A stretch of DNA of 64,000 nt from Octopus sinensis (GCF_006345805.1 NC_042998.1:69502001-69566000), one strand, 5' to 3'. Shown: positions 39,443 to 52,981, counted from the stretch's first letter. Numbers and translations are program-made. The notes: generated by a model from the letters alone, not told the origin.

Positions 39443-40310
39443 CTGATCAATAAGTATCCAGACTGTTGCCATAGTAACAAAGCTAAAGCATACAGAGTGA
39501 AGCCACTTGTCAAAGATTGACCTTGAACTCTGCTATACATGTGCACAAAGTTTTAATGTTCTAGCTTACTTCTGTTTACAGCAGTACTCGGAAGGAAGGT
39601 GTGTAGTGTGTGATTGTTACATTGACCATGACAGAAAAAGTTGTCATGGCAATAGCTGCTCAGAAGCCTACGCAAAATTGTAGAAAGTGTATGGAGAGGA
39701 GTGTATGAGCTGCACACAAGTGTACAAGTGGTTCGGATGTTTTCAAGATGGCCAAAAAATGTCGATATTAATGAATGTTCTGGGAGACGCACAACCTGCA
39801 GAACTGTGTATGCAGCTGAGAGGGGAAACTGTCGAATCACCATCCATGACTTATCAGAGGATGTGCAGATTAGTTACGGTTCAGTTCATTCCGTTATCAC
39901 TGAAGATTTAGGTATGAGACGCGTGTCTGCCAAGTTTGTGCCAAAATTGTTTCCAGCTGACCAAAAAGACACCTGGGTTTCAGTAGCACAAGATTTCCTT
40001 GATTGTGTCAAGAATGATGGAAACTTTTTGAAAACTTTGTATAGGCCTCTGAGCAGGTATTGCAAAGTTTTGGGAAAAAATTTGATGCAGATACTCTGCT
40101 CAACATTCTCTGTCATGGTCGATGCAGTGATCACACATTACACACCTTCCCTCCAAGCACTGCTGTAAACAGCAGAAGTAAGCTGGAACATTAAAACTTA
40201 GTGCACATGCATAGCAGAGTCCAAGGTCAATCTGTGCCAAGCGGCTTTACTCTGCGTATTTTGGCTTCGTTACTATGGCAACAATCCAGATACTTATTGA
40301 TCAGACCACA
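39437..40310 (+). mobile_element. mariner-derived fold-back element with very long inverted termini
   Basis: Termini taaggtctgatcaataagtatc / gatacttattgatcagaccaca, with TA flanks. Transposase N-terminal remnant (...GMRRVSAKFVPKL..DQKDTWVSVAQDFL) stops before the first catalytic Asp. Confidence 0.85.
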
Positions 40311-40549
40311 TATACAACAGCATCATCATCATTTAATGTCTATTTTCCATGCTAGCACAGGTTGGACAGTTTGAGAGAAGCTGGTAAGACCCCAGAAGGG
40401 TGGGGCTGCACAAGGCTCCTACTGTTTGTTTGGGCATAATTTCTACAGCTAATGCCAACCACTTCACAGAGTGTACTGGGTGCTTTTTTATGTGGGACCA
40501 TCACTACATTCTGCAATAGTGGACAGGTCTTCTTGAGGACAGCAAGGTT

Positions 40550-40613
<64 letters not shown>

Positions 40614-40659
40614 ATCCTCTACAAAACTCATGCTTGCATCATGAAGACAAAACTATTTC

Positions 40660-40850
40660 ACCTCAACTGACATTGCTCTCTTTAGCATCACACCAAGATA
40701 TGTAAGAGATGAAAAAGATCTCATAACATTCAAATGCTTCCTGGACAAATATCTCCAATAAATTCCAGATAAACCACCTACACCCGGATAAATCTTTGCA
40801 AACAATAACTCTTTACTCCAATGGGCTATGGTGCCTAATGAATAACTGTA
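40660..40850 (+). mobile_element. CR1-like LINE 3' remnant
   Basis: Resembles RDEKDLITFKCFLDKYLQ.IPDKPPTPG. Confidence 0.5.
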
Positions 40851-43800
40851 ATGTGAAACATCATTAAATGTCTTTTCCTGGTGATGCTATTAATTTAGTT
40901 ATGGTTGAGTGTGATCGTTGCCAGGGCCACTGACTGGCTCTCGTGCCGGTGGCACATAAAAAAAGCACCATGTGAGCGTGGTCATCGCCAGTGCCGCCGG
41001 GCTGGCTCCTGTGCAGGTGGCACATAAAAAGCACCATTTGAGCATAGCTGATGCCAGTTCCGCCTGACTGGCCCTCGTGTAGGTGGCACATAAAAGCACC
41101 CACGACACTCTCAGAGTGGTTGGCATTAGGAAGAGCATCCAGCTGTAGAAACTTTGCCACATCAGTGCAGCCTTCTGGCTTGCCAGCCTTCAGTCAAACC
41201 ATGCCAGCATGGTAAGCGGACGTTAAACGATGATGATGATGATGGTCTGTACCAATTCTGGCTGAAACTTTTCTAAGTATTAGATAAATTACAGAACTCA
41301 ATACACGAGTACCAAGTCTTCTTTAATGCATTGTGACCGAACCATTCATAGCTGTGTGGTAAGAAGTCTGCTTCCCAACCACATGGTTTGGAGTTCAGTC
41401 CCAGTGTGGTGCCTTAGGCAAGTGTCTTCTACTAGAGCCTCAGGCCAACCAAAGCTTTGAGAGTGGATTTGTTAGATGGAAACTGAAAGAAGCCCATTAT
41501 GTGTGCATGTGTATATCTTTGTGTCTGTGTCCTCCACTGCCACTTGACAACCAGTGTTGATGTGTTTACATCCCATAACTTAACAGTTCAACAAAAGAGA
41601 CCAGTAGAATAAGTATCAGTCTATCAAGCTTAAAAAATAAAGCCTTGGGGTCAATTCGTTCAACTAAATTTCCTCAAGGCAGTGCACCAGTATGGGCGCA
41701 GTGTAATGACAGAAACAAGTAAAAGATAAATGATGTGCTCTGAGTTACATGTTTCTGATCATTTAGCTGGTAATCTGAGCCTGTTTTTCCTTTGAAATAT
41801 CTGTTGTTTAAATATATTTTGAAATATTATATGAAAGTTATGATGAAATTGCTTATCTTTATGTTATTTTTACAAAAACCTTGCCAGCAACACATGGTGT
41901 TTCAAGCTCACTATTTTTATTTCATTTCTGGCTCTGGTGGGAATATTTCAAACATCAAACTTCATACAAGCAAGGCCACTCAGATAACTTTCCTCATGAA
42001 ATTGCATTGTTGGGGCTTACGATCATACTGGTGTCATGCAAAAAACCACCAGTACAAATACCATGCAAAATGCACCACTGCTGGTATAACATATAAAGTA
42101 CCCATGCTAGTGCCATGAAAAAGGAGCACATGCAGGTAACACAAATAAAGTACCTGTGTTGGTACCACGTACAAAGTACTTTGCTGGTGCGATATATAAA
42201 GCACTCATGTTGGTGCCACATACAAAGCACCTGTGCTGGTTCCATGTATGAACATCTATGCTGCTACTGCTATATATAAAGCACTGGTGCTGGTGCCATG
42301 TAAAAAGCACCCAGTACACTTTGTAAAGTGGTTGATGTTAAGAAGGGCATCCAGCTGTAGAAACTATGCCAGAACAGAAGACTGGAGCTTGGTGCAAATT
42401 TCTGACCTTACCAGTTCCTGTCAAACCATCCAACCCATACCAGCATGGAAAATGGGCATTAAAAGATGATGATGAGTAATCTAGGACAAAGTGTGTGTGT
42501 GTGCATGCTTTACATCCTCTTTTCCATGCTTGCACAGGGCAGACAGAATTTGTTGAGGCACATTTTTCTACAGCCTAGTGCACTTCTTGTCACCAACTTT
42601 CACCCATTCCCAATGACACATGTTTTCATAGAATATTGGAAATGAAGGGCACTGTGTATAGGCATGGCCATGTGGTTAAGAAATTTGTTTTCCAACCACA
42701 CGTCAACCTTGGTGGAATTTGAACTCAGAATGTAAAGACAGATGAAATACTGCTAGGCATTTTGCCTGGAATGCTAACGTTTCTGCCAGCTTGTCGCCTC
42801 AAAAGATTGTTGTAGAATCTTTTCTACTCTCAGCACAAGGCCTGAATTTTTTTTTGGGGGGGGGGGGGCAGTCGATAAAATCAACCTCAGTACGCAACTG
42901 GTACTTAATTTATCAGCCCCCAAGAGGATGAAAGGCAAAGTCAACCTCGGCCGAATTTGAACTCAAAGTGTAAAGACAGACGAAATACTGCTAAGCATTT
43001 TACCCAGTGTGCTAACGTTTCTGCCAGCTCGCCGCCTTAGGGCAGTTGTCTTCTACTATAGCGCTGAGCCAACCAAAGCCTTGTGAGTGAATATGGAAGC
43101 TGGAAATTGAAAGAAGCTCATCATGTTTATGTGTGCTTATATTACTATCTCCTTGCCTCTTGACATTGCCTCATAGTTGTAAATGAGTATCACTATTGTG
43201 CAAGTGATGTCCATATCCTATCTTCCACAAAAGCATTACCTTACTTGGAAACAGATAAGTGTTGGTGACTAAGGGCATCTAGCTGTAGATAACCCACCTC
43301 AAGAGATTCTCTCTGATCCATGCTAGCACGGGAAAATGGACTTTAAAGCAATGATGATGATTATTGTATTTTGATATCAACAGCGTTGTGTTGTTCGTTA
43401 AAAGGTGATGAAAGGCCTATCACTGAATGATTGAATTCACCAGAGAGAAGCAAAAGTGAGTCGGTGCAAGTCAAGCAGAACAAATACCATGAGAAAATGA
43501 TGATGATGATGATATACATTTCTTTGCTTTTCCCTTGTTCCAGTCACTGAACTGTAACCATGCTGGGACACCACCTTGAAGGCAGCACTGGATTAACCAT
43601 TAAGCCAAAATAATTACGTGCTTAGGGCACGAAGGGAAGGGGGGGGATCACAGAAATGGTAAATAGTTTACAGTACAAAAGAAATCATTATAATCCTTTA
43701 ACATTAAGATTACTCTCTCAACTGTAACACATATTTATTCACATTATTTTGAATTAATAAAGCATTATCTCATAGCTTTGAGATTTTGATGATGTGATTG

Positions 43801-43914
43801 TTTATTTTTAGGATGATATTGTAGGGTAGTTGAGAGAACCCAGAGCTGACCAATATAAACATACAAGTAGGATATTTGAACCAGATATGACCTTGAAGCA
43901 ATCCAGAGAAGATT

Positions 43915-44420
43915 CACAAAGAAGATCGTCTCATTGCAACAGCTCAGCTACTGGGAAAGGTTGAAACAGCTAAGACTCTACTCCCTGGAGAGAAGACGGG
44001 AGAGGTATGCAGTAATATATATCTGGAAGATCCTGGAAGGAATTGTGCCAAATTTTGGCATTAAAAGCTATACTAATGCCAGAATGGGACGACACTGCAT
44101 AGTGCCAAAGATCCCAGCAATGCCATCACACTTCAGGACCAGTTACTGCAACAGCCTGGGTTTCAAGGGCCCACAGCTTTTTAATATTCTCCCAAAGAGT
44201 TTGAGGAACTTGCACAAAGTAGACATAGGGTTTTCAAATCAAAGCTGGACCTCTTCCTGTTGAGAGTCCCAGATGAACCTACCTCACGGCAAGAGGTGCA
44301 AATGAGGGTAGCTATATCAAACTCAATTCTTCACCAAGTGCCACATATTAGAGGAGGCTCTTAATAACAGTGTAGCAAAACGGTGGTGCATCAGCACGGC
44401 CACACCACTGAGCTGAAACT
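43915..44420 (+). mobile_element. CR1/L2-like LINE 3' end
   Basis: LSYWERLKQLRLYSLERRRERY..IWKILEG...GPQLFNILPKSLRNL. Confidence 0.85.
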
Positions 44421-44462
44421 AGAGAGAGAAAAAAAATATGTATGTATGTATGCATGTATGTA

Positions 44463-44497
<35 letters not shown>

Positions 44498-44498
44498 G

Positions 44499-44788
44499 GG
44501 CACAGGATGTTACCAACTGTGTAAGCAACATGAAATATGTAGACAAATGAGTTAAATACATAAACAACAAGAGAAAAAAATGGAAAACAGGACAAGTAAA
44601 CAGAGACGACCCTTCATCAGTTGTTGGCTGAATGTCCGAAATGAGGAGTAGATAGACAGCCAACAACTGATGAAGAGTCGTGTCTGTTTACTTGTCCTGT
44701 TTTCCAGTTTTTCTCTTGTTGTTTATGTAATTAACTCGTTTTTCTACGTATTTCATGTTGTTTACACAGTTGGTGACATCCTGTAGCC
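44499..44788. repeat. Fold-back inverted repeat, 132-bp arms, 26-nt loop, (TA)n-flanked
   Basis: 44499-44630 is the reverse complement of 44657-44788 with scattered mismatches. A related single arm lies at about 63185-63300. Confidence 0.9.
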
Positions 44789-44851
44789 ATATATACATAT
44801 ATATATTATTTATTATCATTACTTAATTAAATATCACGCATCCATTTCCAA

Positions 44852-44899
<48 letters not shown>

Positions 44900-44974
44900 A
44901 ATATTAGGGAATAAATCCAAACTTACAGGGAAAAATCAGATTTAGGATTGAATCCAATTTTATAGTAAAATATT

Positions 44975-45170
44975 ATATTATAATAAATTAGAGACAAAAC
45001 CACTATTATGCAAATCAAACAAAGAAAGACTTAATCCAATACATAAATTAATTTATATTTAGAAATTTAACAATTATTAATAATTGTTAAATTTCTAATA
45101 TAAATTAATTATGTATTGGATTAAGTCTTTCTTTGTTTGATTTGCATAATAGTGGTTTTGTCTCTAATTT

Positions 45171-45180
<10 letters not shown>
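44975..45180. repeat. Loopless AT-rich palindrome, about 103-bp arms
   Basis: Centre aacaattatt|aataattgtt at 45078/45079; only a couple of 1-nt indels visible between the arms. Confidence 0.92.
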
Positions 45181-45220
<40 letters not shown>

Positions 45221-45274
45221 TTTGTCTGTAAAACATAAATCCAAAAAAGAACCACACTCTAAGATATAAAGCAG

Positions 45275-45458
45275 TATATATTAAAAATGGGGAAGGCCAT
45301 TTTCTCATCCATAAAGTGTTTAGCTTTATGGTATATCGTCAGATCCCAAAACCTGAAGAGGTCTTGGGCCAACAGGTTTTGGGATCTGACAATATGCCAT
45401 AAAGCTAAACCAGTTATGGACAGGAAACGTAAGGTAATCCCATAAACAGCCTTCCCCA

Positions 45459-45470
<12 letters not shown>
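45275..45470. repeat. Fold-back element with a hammerhead-like CTGAAGA core in the loop
   Basis: Outer inverted repeat about 23 bp; inner inverted repeat 45319-45355 / 45373-45409. Confidence 0.8.
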
Positions 45471-45511
<41 letters not shown>

Positions 45512-47139
45512 TATATATATATATATTTATACACATACACACAATGGGCTTCCACACAGTTTCTGTCTATGAAACTCACTCATAAGGCATTAGTCAGCCA
45601 GGGGATATAGCAGAAGACACTTGTCCAAGGTGTAGTACAATGAGGCCGAACCCCACATCATATGGTTATACAGTAAGCTTCTTAACTACATCGACTGCCC
45701 TGTGCCTCATGTTAATCTTTCAAAACTGCTTTCTAAAATCTCGCAGCAATCCTAATCAAGAGATGTATATACTTGGCCAATGCTGGCTGTGGACTCCTTG
45801 TAAAAGGACCTGACAGCAATGCACAGACAGCCAACAGGTTCCTGGGCATTGTGTGCTGCATATGCAGGGAGGTGGTTTTCTTCCAATTGCTCTTATCAAT
45901 TGTGTTACTGCTATTGATCTCCATGGTCCTCTGGCATTACAGTGAGAATGATACAGAATATATTCTCCCAAAAAGCACATAAAAAAGCACCCATAATGGC
46001 ACCATGTAAGAAGTACTTCTGCTGGTGCCAACTAAATAGCACCTAGTATGCTCTGTAAAGTGGTTGCTGTTAGGAAGGGTATCCAGCCATAGAAATCATG
46101 CCAAACAGACAATTGGAGTCTGATGCAGTCAAACTGTCCAACTCATGCCTACATGGAAAACAGATGTTGAATGATGATGATGAATCTGTGTTTCATCATC
46201 ATCATTTAGTGTCTGTTGTCCATGCTGGCATGGGTTGGACCGTTTGACCAGGGCTGGCAAGCTGCACCAAACCCCAGTCTGATTTGCCATGGTTTCTATG
46301 GTTGGATGCCCTGCCTAACATCCATTACACTCTGAGAGTGTAATGAGTGCTTTTATGTGCCACCGGCATAGGTGCCATTTGCATAACATCATTATCTGTC
46401 ACAGTTACGATTTTACCTGGCTTGATGGGTCTTCTCAAGCACAACTTAATGCCAAAGGTCTCGGTCATTTGTCATTGCCACCATGAGGACCAACACTCAG
46501 AAGGAGTTTTTCACATGCCATCGGCAATTTTGCTTCTGTGAGGCCCAATGCTCGAAAGGTGTTTTTTACATTCCACTGGCACAGGTGCCAGTTACGTGAC
46601 ACCAGCATCAGCCACAACTACAATTTCACTTGGCTTAACGGGTCTTCTCAAGTACAGCATATCGCCAAAGGTCTCAGTCACTAGTCATTGCCTCTGTGAG
46701 GCCCAAAGTGCAAACATCATATAATAAAGAATTTAATCATTTATTCAGCAAAAAACATCCGTTTTCCATGCTGGCATGAGTTGGATGGTTTGACTGGGGT
46801 CTGGGAAGCCAGGAGGCTGCACCAGGCTCCAGTCTGATCTGGCACTGTTTCTATAGCTGGATGCCCTTCCTAGCACCAACCACTCTGAGAATGTAGTGGG
46901 TGCTTTTTACGTGCCACTGGCACAGGGGCCAGAGGAGGCTGGCAATGGCCATGATTGGTTGGTGCTTTTTACATGCCACCAGCATGGAAGCCAGTCAAGG
47001 CAGCGCTGACATCGGCCATGTTCAGATGGTGCTTTTTACATGCCACCAGCATGGGGATGCCGATATATTATATAAATTTCCTGTTTTAAAGTGAGCTAAA
47101 GAAAAACTTCCCAATAAAATTTTATGCTAATTTGTAAGC

Positions 47140-49905
47140 ATATTGGATATTGGAGAGCATACAGATATAGCTTATTACTTAAAGCTTCTGACGAAATAGA
47201 TGGGGATATAGCTTCATGTGGTGTAGAAGACAACTGGAGGTTTCTACGGGACAACTTGCTGAGAGCCACTGACCAGATCTGTAGATGGTACAAAGTCCCC
47301 TCTCGACTCCAAATAACGTGGTGGTGGAACAATGTTATAGACAGGGCTATTAGAGAAAAGAAACAGGCTTGGAAGAATGATGGTAGCAGGGAATTGTGTC
47401 AGACTGCCATAAGAGAAGCTAGGAGACAGGTTTATTTAGCCAGAGGGGAAGCAGATAAGAAAAAATTTGCCAATGTTCTGCACAGAGAGGACCAAAGACT
47501 TGAAGTATTTCATGTTGCAAGACAGTATGTGAGAGAGAATCATGATGTTGTAGGAGAGAAATCTGTCCGCATGGATGATGGTCCTCTTGCACTAAATGGG
47601 GCTGCAAAGAGAGAGGTTTGGAGATGCCACTGTGAAAGGTTGCTCAATAAAGAAAATGAATGGGAGAAGCGAGTCTGCTGAATGTCGACCCAACAGAGTG
47701 ACCAGCTATCTGAGTTGGAAGATAAAGCAATTAAAAGTATGAAGACAGGGAAAGCCCCTGGCCCATCAGGAATTACTGCAGAGATGCTCAAAATATCTGG
47801 CAGTGTCGGCTATAGCCTAGTCACCTGTATAGTTAACCAGGTGATACACTAAGGAGTCATACCCAATGACTGGTGTAGCAGCATAATAGTCAACTGCTAC
47901 AAAGGTAAAGGTAACGCTTTAGATACAAATAATTACAGAGGTGTCAAGCTGTTGGATCAGGTAATGAAGGTCACGGAGAGGGTCATAGCCCAACTAATTA
48001 GGGAGAGAGTCAGTTTGGATGAGATGCAGTTTTGGGTTCGTGCCAGGGAAAAGCACGACTGATGCAATATTTCTGGTGAGACAGCTGCAGGAGAAATACC
48101 TAGCCAAAGATAAGCTCCCTGTACCTGGCTTTTGTTGACATGGAGAAAGCCTTTGACAGGGCCCCCAATCCCTTAACTGGTGGTCAATGAGGAAACTAGG
48201 TATAGATGAATGGTTAGTGAGAGCTGTACAAGTCATGTACAGGGACGCTGTCAGTAAGGTGAGGGTTGGCAACGAGTACAGTGAAGAATTCAGGGTAGAG
48301 GTAGGGGTCCACCAAGGTTCAGACCTCAGCCCCCTCCTATTTATCATAGTCCTCCAGGCAATAACAGAGGAATTCAAGATAGGATGCACCTGGGAGCTCC
48401 TCCATGCTGACCTTGCTCTAATGACTCACTATCAGAACTAGAGTAGAAGTTTCAAGTGTGGAAACAAGGATTAGAATCGAAGGGCCTTAGAGTCAACCTA
48501 GCTAAAACCAAAGTCCTAATAAGTAGGAAGGCAGGCAAACCACAAATCCCTTCAGGTAGATGGCCCTGCTCGATCTGTAGAAAAGGCGTAGGTAGAAACT
48601 CTATAATATGTACCCAGTGTAAGCTATGGACACATAAGAGGTGCAGCAATATCAAAGGAAGTCTAACTAGGAAGATAGTTTTTGTATGTGGCAGATGCTC
48701 AGGAGCAATAAAGACTGAAAATGTGCAGAAAACAACTTTCACCACATTCCAGGGAGAAAAACTACAAGTAGTTGATAGCTTCAGTTACCTAGGTGACCAA
48801 GTCAGTAGCGGGGGAGGGTGCACTGAAAGTGTAGCTGCTAGAATAAGAATATTCTGGGCTAAGTTCAGAGAGCTCTCACCTCTGCTGGTGACAAAGGGCC
48901 TCTCGCTCAGAGTAAAAGGTAGACTGTATGACGCATGTGTACGAACAGCCATGCTACATGGTAGTGAAACATGGGCCGTGACTGCTGAGGACATGCGTAA
49001 GCTCACAAGGAATGAAGCCAGTATGCTCCAATGGATGTCAGAGTGTTGCCTTGAGAGAAAAGTTGGACCTAAGAAGCATCAGATGTGGTGAGCAAGAGAG
49101 ACGACTGCACTGGTATGGTCATGTGGCGAGAATGGCTGTGGATAGCTGTGTGAAAAAGTGCCACATCCTAGCAGTTGAGGGAATCTGTGGAAGAGGAAGA
49201 CCTGGGATGAGGTGGTGAAGCATGACCATCAAACATTGGGCCTCACTGAGGCAATAACTAGTGACTGGGACCTTTGGAAATATGCTGTGCTTGAGAAAAC
49301 TCGGCAAGTGCAAGTGAGACCATAACCTTGTGGCCTACGCCAGGGATGTAACCAATCCACTTATGCGTACCTTTGCTTCATTGGACACTAAACTCTGCTT
49401 GCAAAGACCTGTTGAGGCAAGTGAAATCAAAATCGAAATCAAATTCAATGACTGGCATCTGTGCTAGTGGAGCGCTAAGAGTACCATACAAGCGAGATCG
49501 TTGCCAGAGCAACAAGCTGGCCTCCATGCCAATAGCACGTAAAAAAACACCATTCAAGCGTGATCGTTACCTATGTCGCCTTACTGGCACTTGTGCTGGT
49601 GGCACGTGAAAAAACATTCAAGCGAGGTCGTTGCCAGTGCCACTGGACTGGCTCCTGTGCAGGTGGCACATAAAAATCACCATTGAGTGTGGCCTTTGCC
49701 AGTACCGCCTGACTGGCCCTCGTTCCGGTGGCACGTAAAAGCATCTACTATACTCTCAGAGTGGTTAGCTTTAGGAAAGGCATCCAGCTGTAGAAACTGC
49801 CAGATCAGATTGGAGTCTGGTGCAGCCATCTGGTTCGCCATACCTCAGTCAAATCGTCCAACCCATGCTAGCATGGAAAGCGGACATTAAACGATGGTGA
49901 TGATG
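47140..49905 (+). mobile_element. 5'-truncated RTE-clade LINE (degenerate RT, PHD-like finger, long 3' UTR, (GAT)n tail)
   Basis: Motifs KAPGPSGITAEMLK, NYRGVKLL, FVDMEKAFD, GVHQGSDLSPLLF, GLRVNLAKTK, FSYLG and LHGSETW. Multiple stops and frameshifts. Confidence 0.92.
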
Positions 49906-50559
49906 AATAAATGTAAGGTAAAAGGATCTCGGTCAGTTTTGTCAGTAAGCATTCAGGTGCTCCCTTTCTCACTGAATTCGAGTGCATGTGGTTGAGTATT
50001 CATTACCATCATTTAACATCCATGTATCATATTTGCATGACTTGGACAATTTAACAAGGACCTGATGAGCTGAAGGACTGCTTCATGCTCCAATGTCAGT
50101 TTTGGCATGCTTTCTACTTGATGTAGCCCTTATTCAGGCAATCAGCATAACACAGTATCTGACAAGGAAGGATTGTCTTAAAACAAGACAGAGAGAGAGA
50201 GAGAGACAAATTTTCACAAAGAGCTACAGGCCAGTTTCTGTCAACCCACTTTTTTTTATTCATAAGGTTTGGTTCTTATGTAAGTCTATAGCGAAAGACA
50301 TATGCCAAAAGTACTATGCAGTGGAATCAAATCCTACATTGCAAAGTGAACTTCTTGCACCATACATCTGCATGTATACACACATACAGACGTATGCACA
50401 CATGTAAATATACACACATTTACAGACACAGCAACATCTCCAACAGAAAAAAAAAAGACTAATCATTTATCGTTCAAGTTAATAAAAACGAAAATTAAAA
50501 AAACTCATTAGGGTTACTAATGGAACTATATAAGAAATATAGAATAAAACCAATTAGGT

Positions 50560-51370
50560 TCTTTTATCTCTCAAGAATCGTTGGAAATCCTAATACAACA
50601 CCCACCACTAGTCGTTGAGAAGATTTTAATGGAAACTGAAACAAATAATACAGAACATGGGGTGGAATAAACCAAATTTAAAATAAAACTAGCTTGAAGG
50701 AAAAACTAGATTATGATATGTTTTGTAGGTTATCACCATGAAATACAGGAGTAAGAATCCCAAAGCATGTATTTTCTTCTACACAAAAGACAAAAAATCA
50801 TCAGCTGACAACAAATGTAGGTTATGCCAAACCGAAACTGGAGACCTTAGTTAGATCAATGCCAAATTCAAAGGGAATGTCCCCTCGAGATATTACCTTC
50901 AGAGGAAGTATGATGCGATAGGGCAATCTAAGATAAAATTAGAAATAAAAAGATAACCAACAAGAACGAACACATTGAGATCGATGAATCGATTAAAAGA
51001 TTAATGGTAGAATTTAAAATAAACAGCCACCATATTAAAATGAAACCAGTGATATTGGTGTTTGGGGTCACAAAGAACATGGTCTGTTGTGGAAGTTAGT
51101 TCCCCCACTTCACATTAAGGGGAGGAATACAGGAGAAAGAATACATCAATGGACATCTATGAAAAGGAATTTGTGAATCCTGTAGCTAAAATACACTTGA
51201 TACCCATTATTATTGGAGTAACAGGATGTGTACCAACCCGTCTGGATCAAAGAATGGCCGAACAAAAGATTCCTGTGAAATGAAGCTAGCTTACATAATT
51301 CGTACATTAACAGATGATCATCATCAGATCTGGGACAATAAAAATTTGCAAGATACAAAGAGTGGATGCT
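50560..51370 (+). mobile_element. Highly decayed REL-endonuclease LINE remnant
   Basis: CRLC zinc-knuckle start at about 50816, later KP(D)I.VW..K...VVEVS-like and PIII motifs; heavily disrupted. Confidence 0.45.
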
Positions 51371-51553
51371 TGCACAAAGATGAAGATAGAACTGACAGTT
51401 TTATAGATAGAAATAGTTCATATTATTAAGATGGAGTTGGTCAGTCAAAATAGACAAAAAACTTCAACAAGAGAAAATGTGTACATACACGAACACGTAC
51501 ACACATTATACACATACAGGTACATGTATGCACACACGCGTACATGTATACAT

Positions 51554-51599
<46 letters not shown>

Positions 51600-52981
51600 C
51601 AAACACGCACATGTGTGCGCTTGTATGTAATAAACACACGTCCTTATTCAGCTAATGCAATATATTTTGCTTTGGATCAAGGTAAATTCTTTAAACGAAT
51701 GGGGGAAATTGTATTTATTTAACCCAGTACATAAATAACCCCAGTTATTGACCGAAGATAAAAAGGCAAACGAGGAATTGAAGTGTGGGGCATAAAAAAA
51801 ATACACCAGTTTGGAAGGTCACCATGAAAATAACAATTAACATGGAATGTTATAGCTTAAAATAGATGAAAGAGCATGAATTTGAAAGTATTTATATGTG
51901 ATTACTAAAAATTTAAAATAAAAACAATTATAATTACGGTGGACACCTCTCACTAGCATTCTATTTTCTATAGGCAGTCATAAAAAGAAAGTGATTTATG
52001 CAATGAGGTTTAATTGCATTTAAATGAAATTTAAATGCAATTAATAGTTTGGGATGTTTACATAAATGAATGCAAGGGTAGTGTTGGGTGACGTGACAGT
52101 TGCTAAATAATAAACAGAATCAACAACTTAATTAAAAAGAAGAAAACAAAAAAATCATTAAAACTGCTGGAGTAAACAAGATTAGTTTAAAAAGAATCAA
52201 CAGTGATTTAGTTAGAAAAATAAGAGATAGAACATCGAGAAGGAACCCCAAGTTTGATATCAAATTAAAGAGAAAAGCCCCTCTAAAACGTTGACTTTCC
52301 AACGTATTTATTGTCAAAATGTTTAGGGGTGAAGTCAGAAGGTAGAATTTTTGGTGCCGAGGTGAAATATTATGGAAGTTTTAGTAGAAGCACGGTGCCT
52401 TCTGACTTATCAGAGAGAGAAGACGAGAAGGGGTAAAAAATATATAACTTACGAAGAAAGCTGAAGAAATGGGTTGGTTTAAGCTAGGATATGGTAGTAT
52501 ATTTTATTACATTTCAAACAAACCAATATAATAAGAACGGTTCGGTTAAAGAATCTGTCAAGATGAATCGACCGAATTCTACAAAGTTTTCGCATGGCGA
52601 AAAATAATAATTGAGGCTTTACGATGAGGGAAACAAATAAAGCAGACAGAGGTGGGCACTGTTGTTGAATTGTTGAAATAAATTAACATCACGTAGACCA
52701 AGGTAGAATTGTTGAGAAGAGAATTTTTCAAATATCATCTAAATCTCATTGCTGCTGCCACATTCGAAGTTCCATTATTTAAAAAGGAAATGTTGAGAAT
52801 TGCTAACCGAACCATTTCACACACTCTTACATATATTTATTTTCACTGAGTGTATATACGCGTATATATTCTATCGTATCATATACACATGTGTGTGTAT
52901 ATACATACATACATGTCTTGTGTATATATAAATAGATATAAATACACGTGTATATATTCGTTCGCATTATATATTGTGTGT

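Noticed and set aside
44499-45470. Hairpins as microRNA precursors
   Set aside because: The arms are long, repeat-derived and TA-flanked; a miRNA call is not supportable without small-RNA data.
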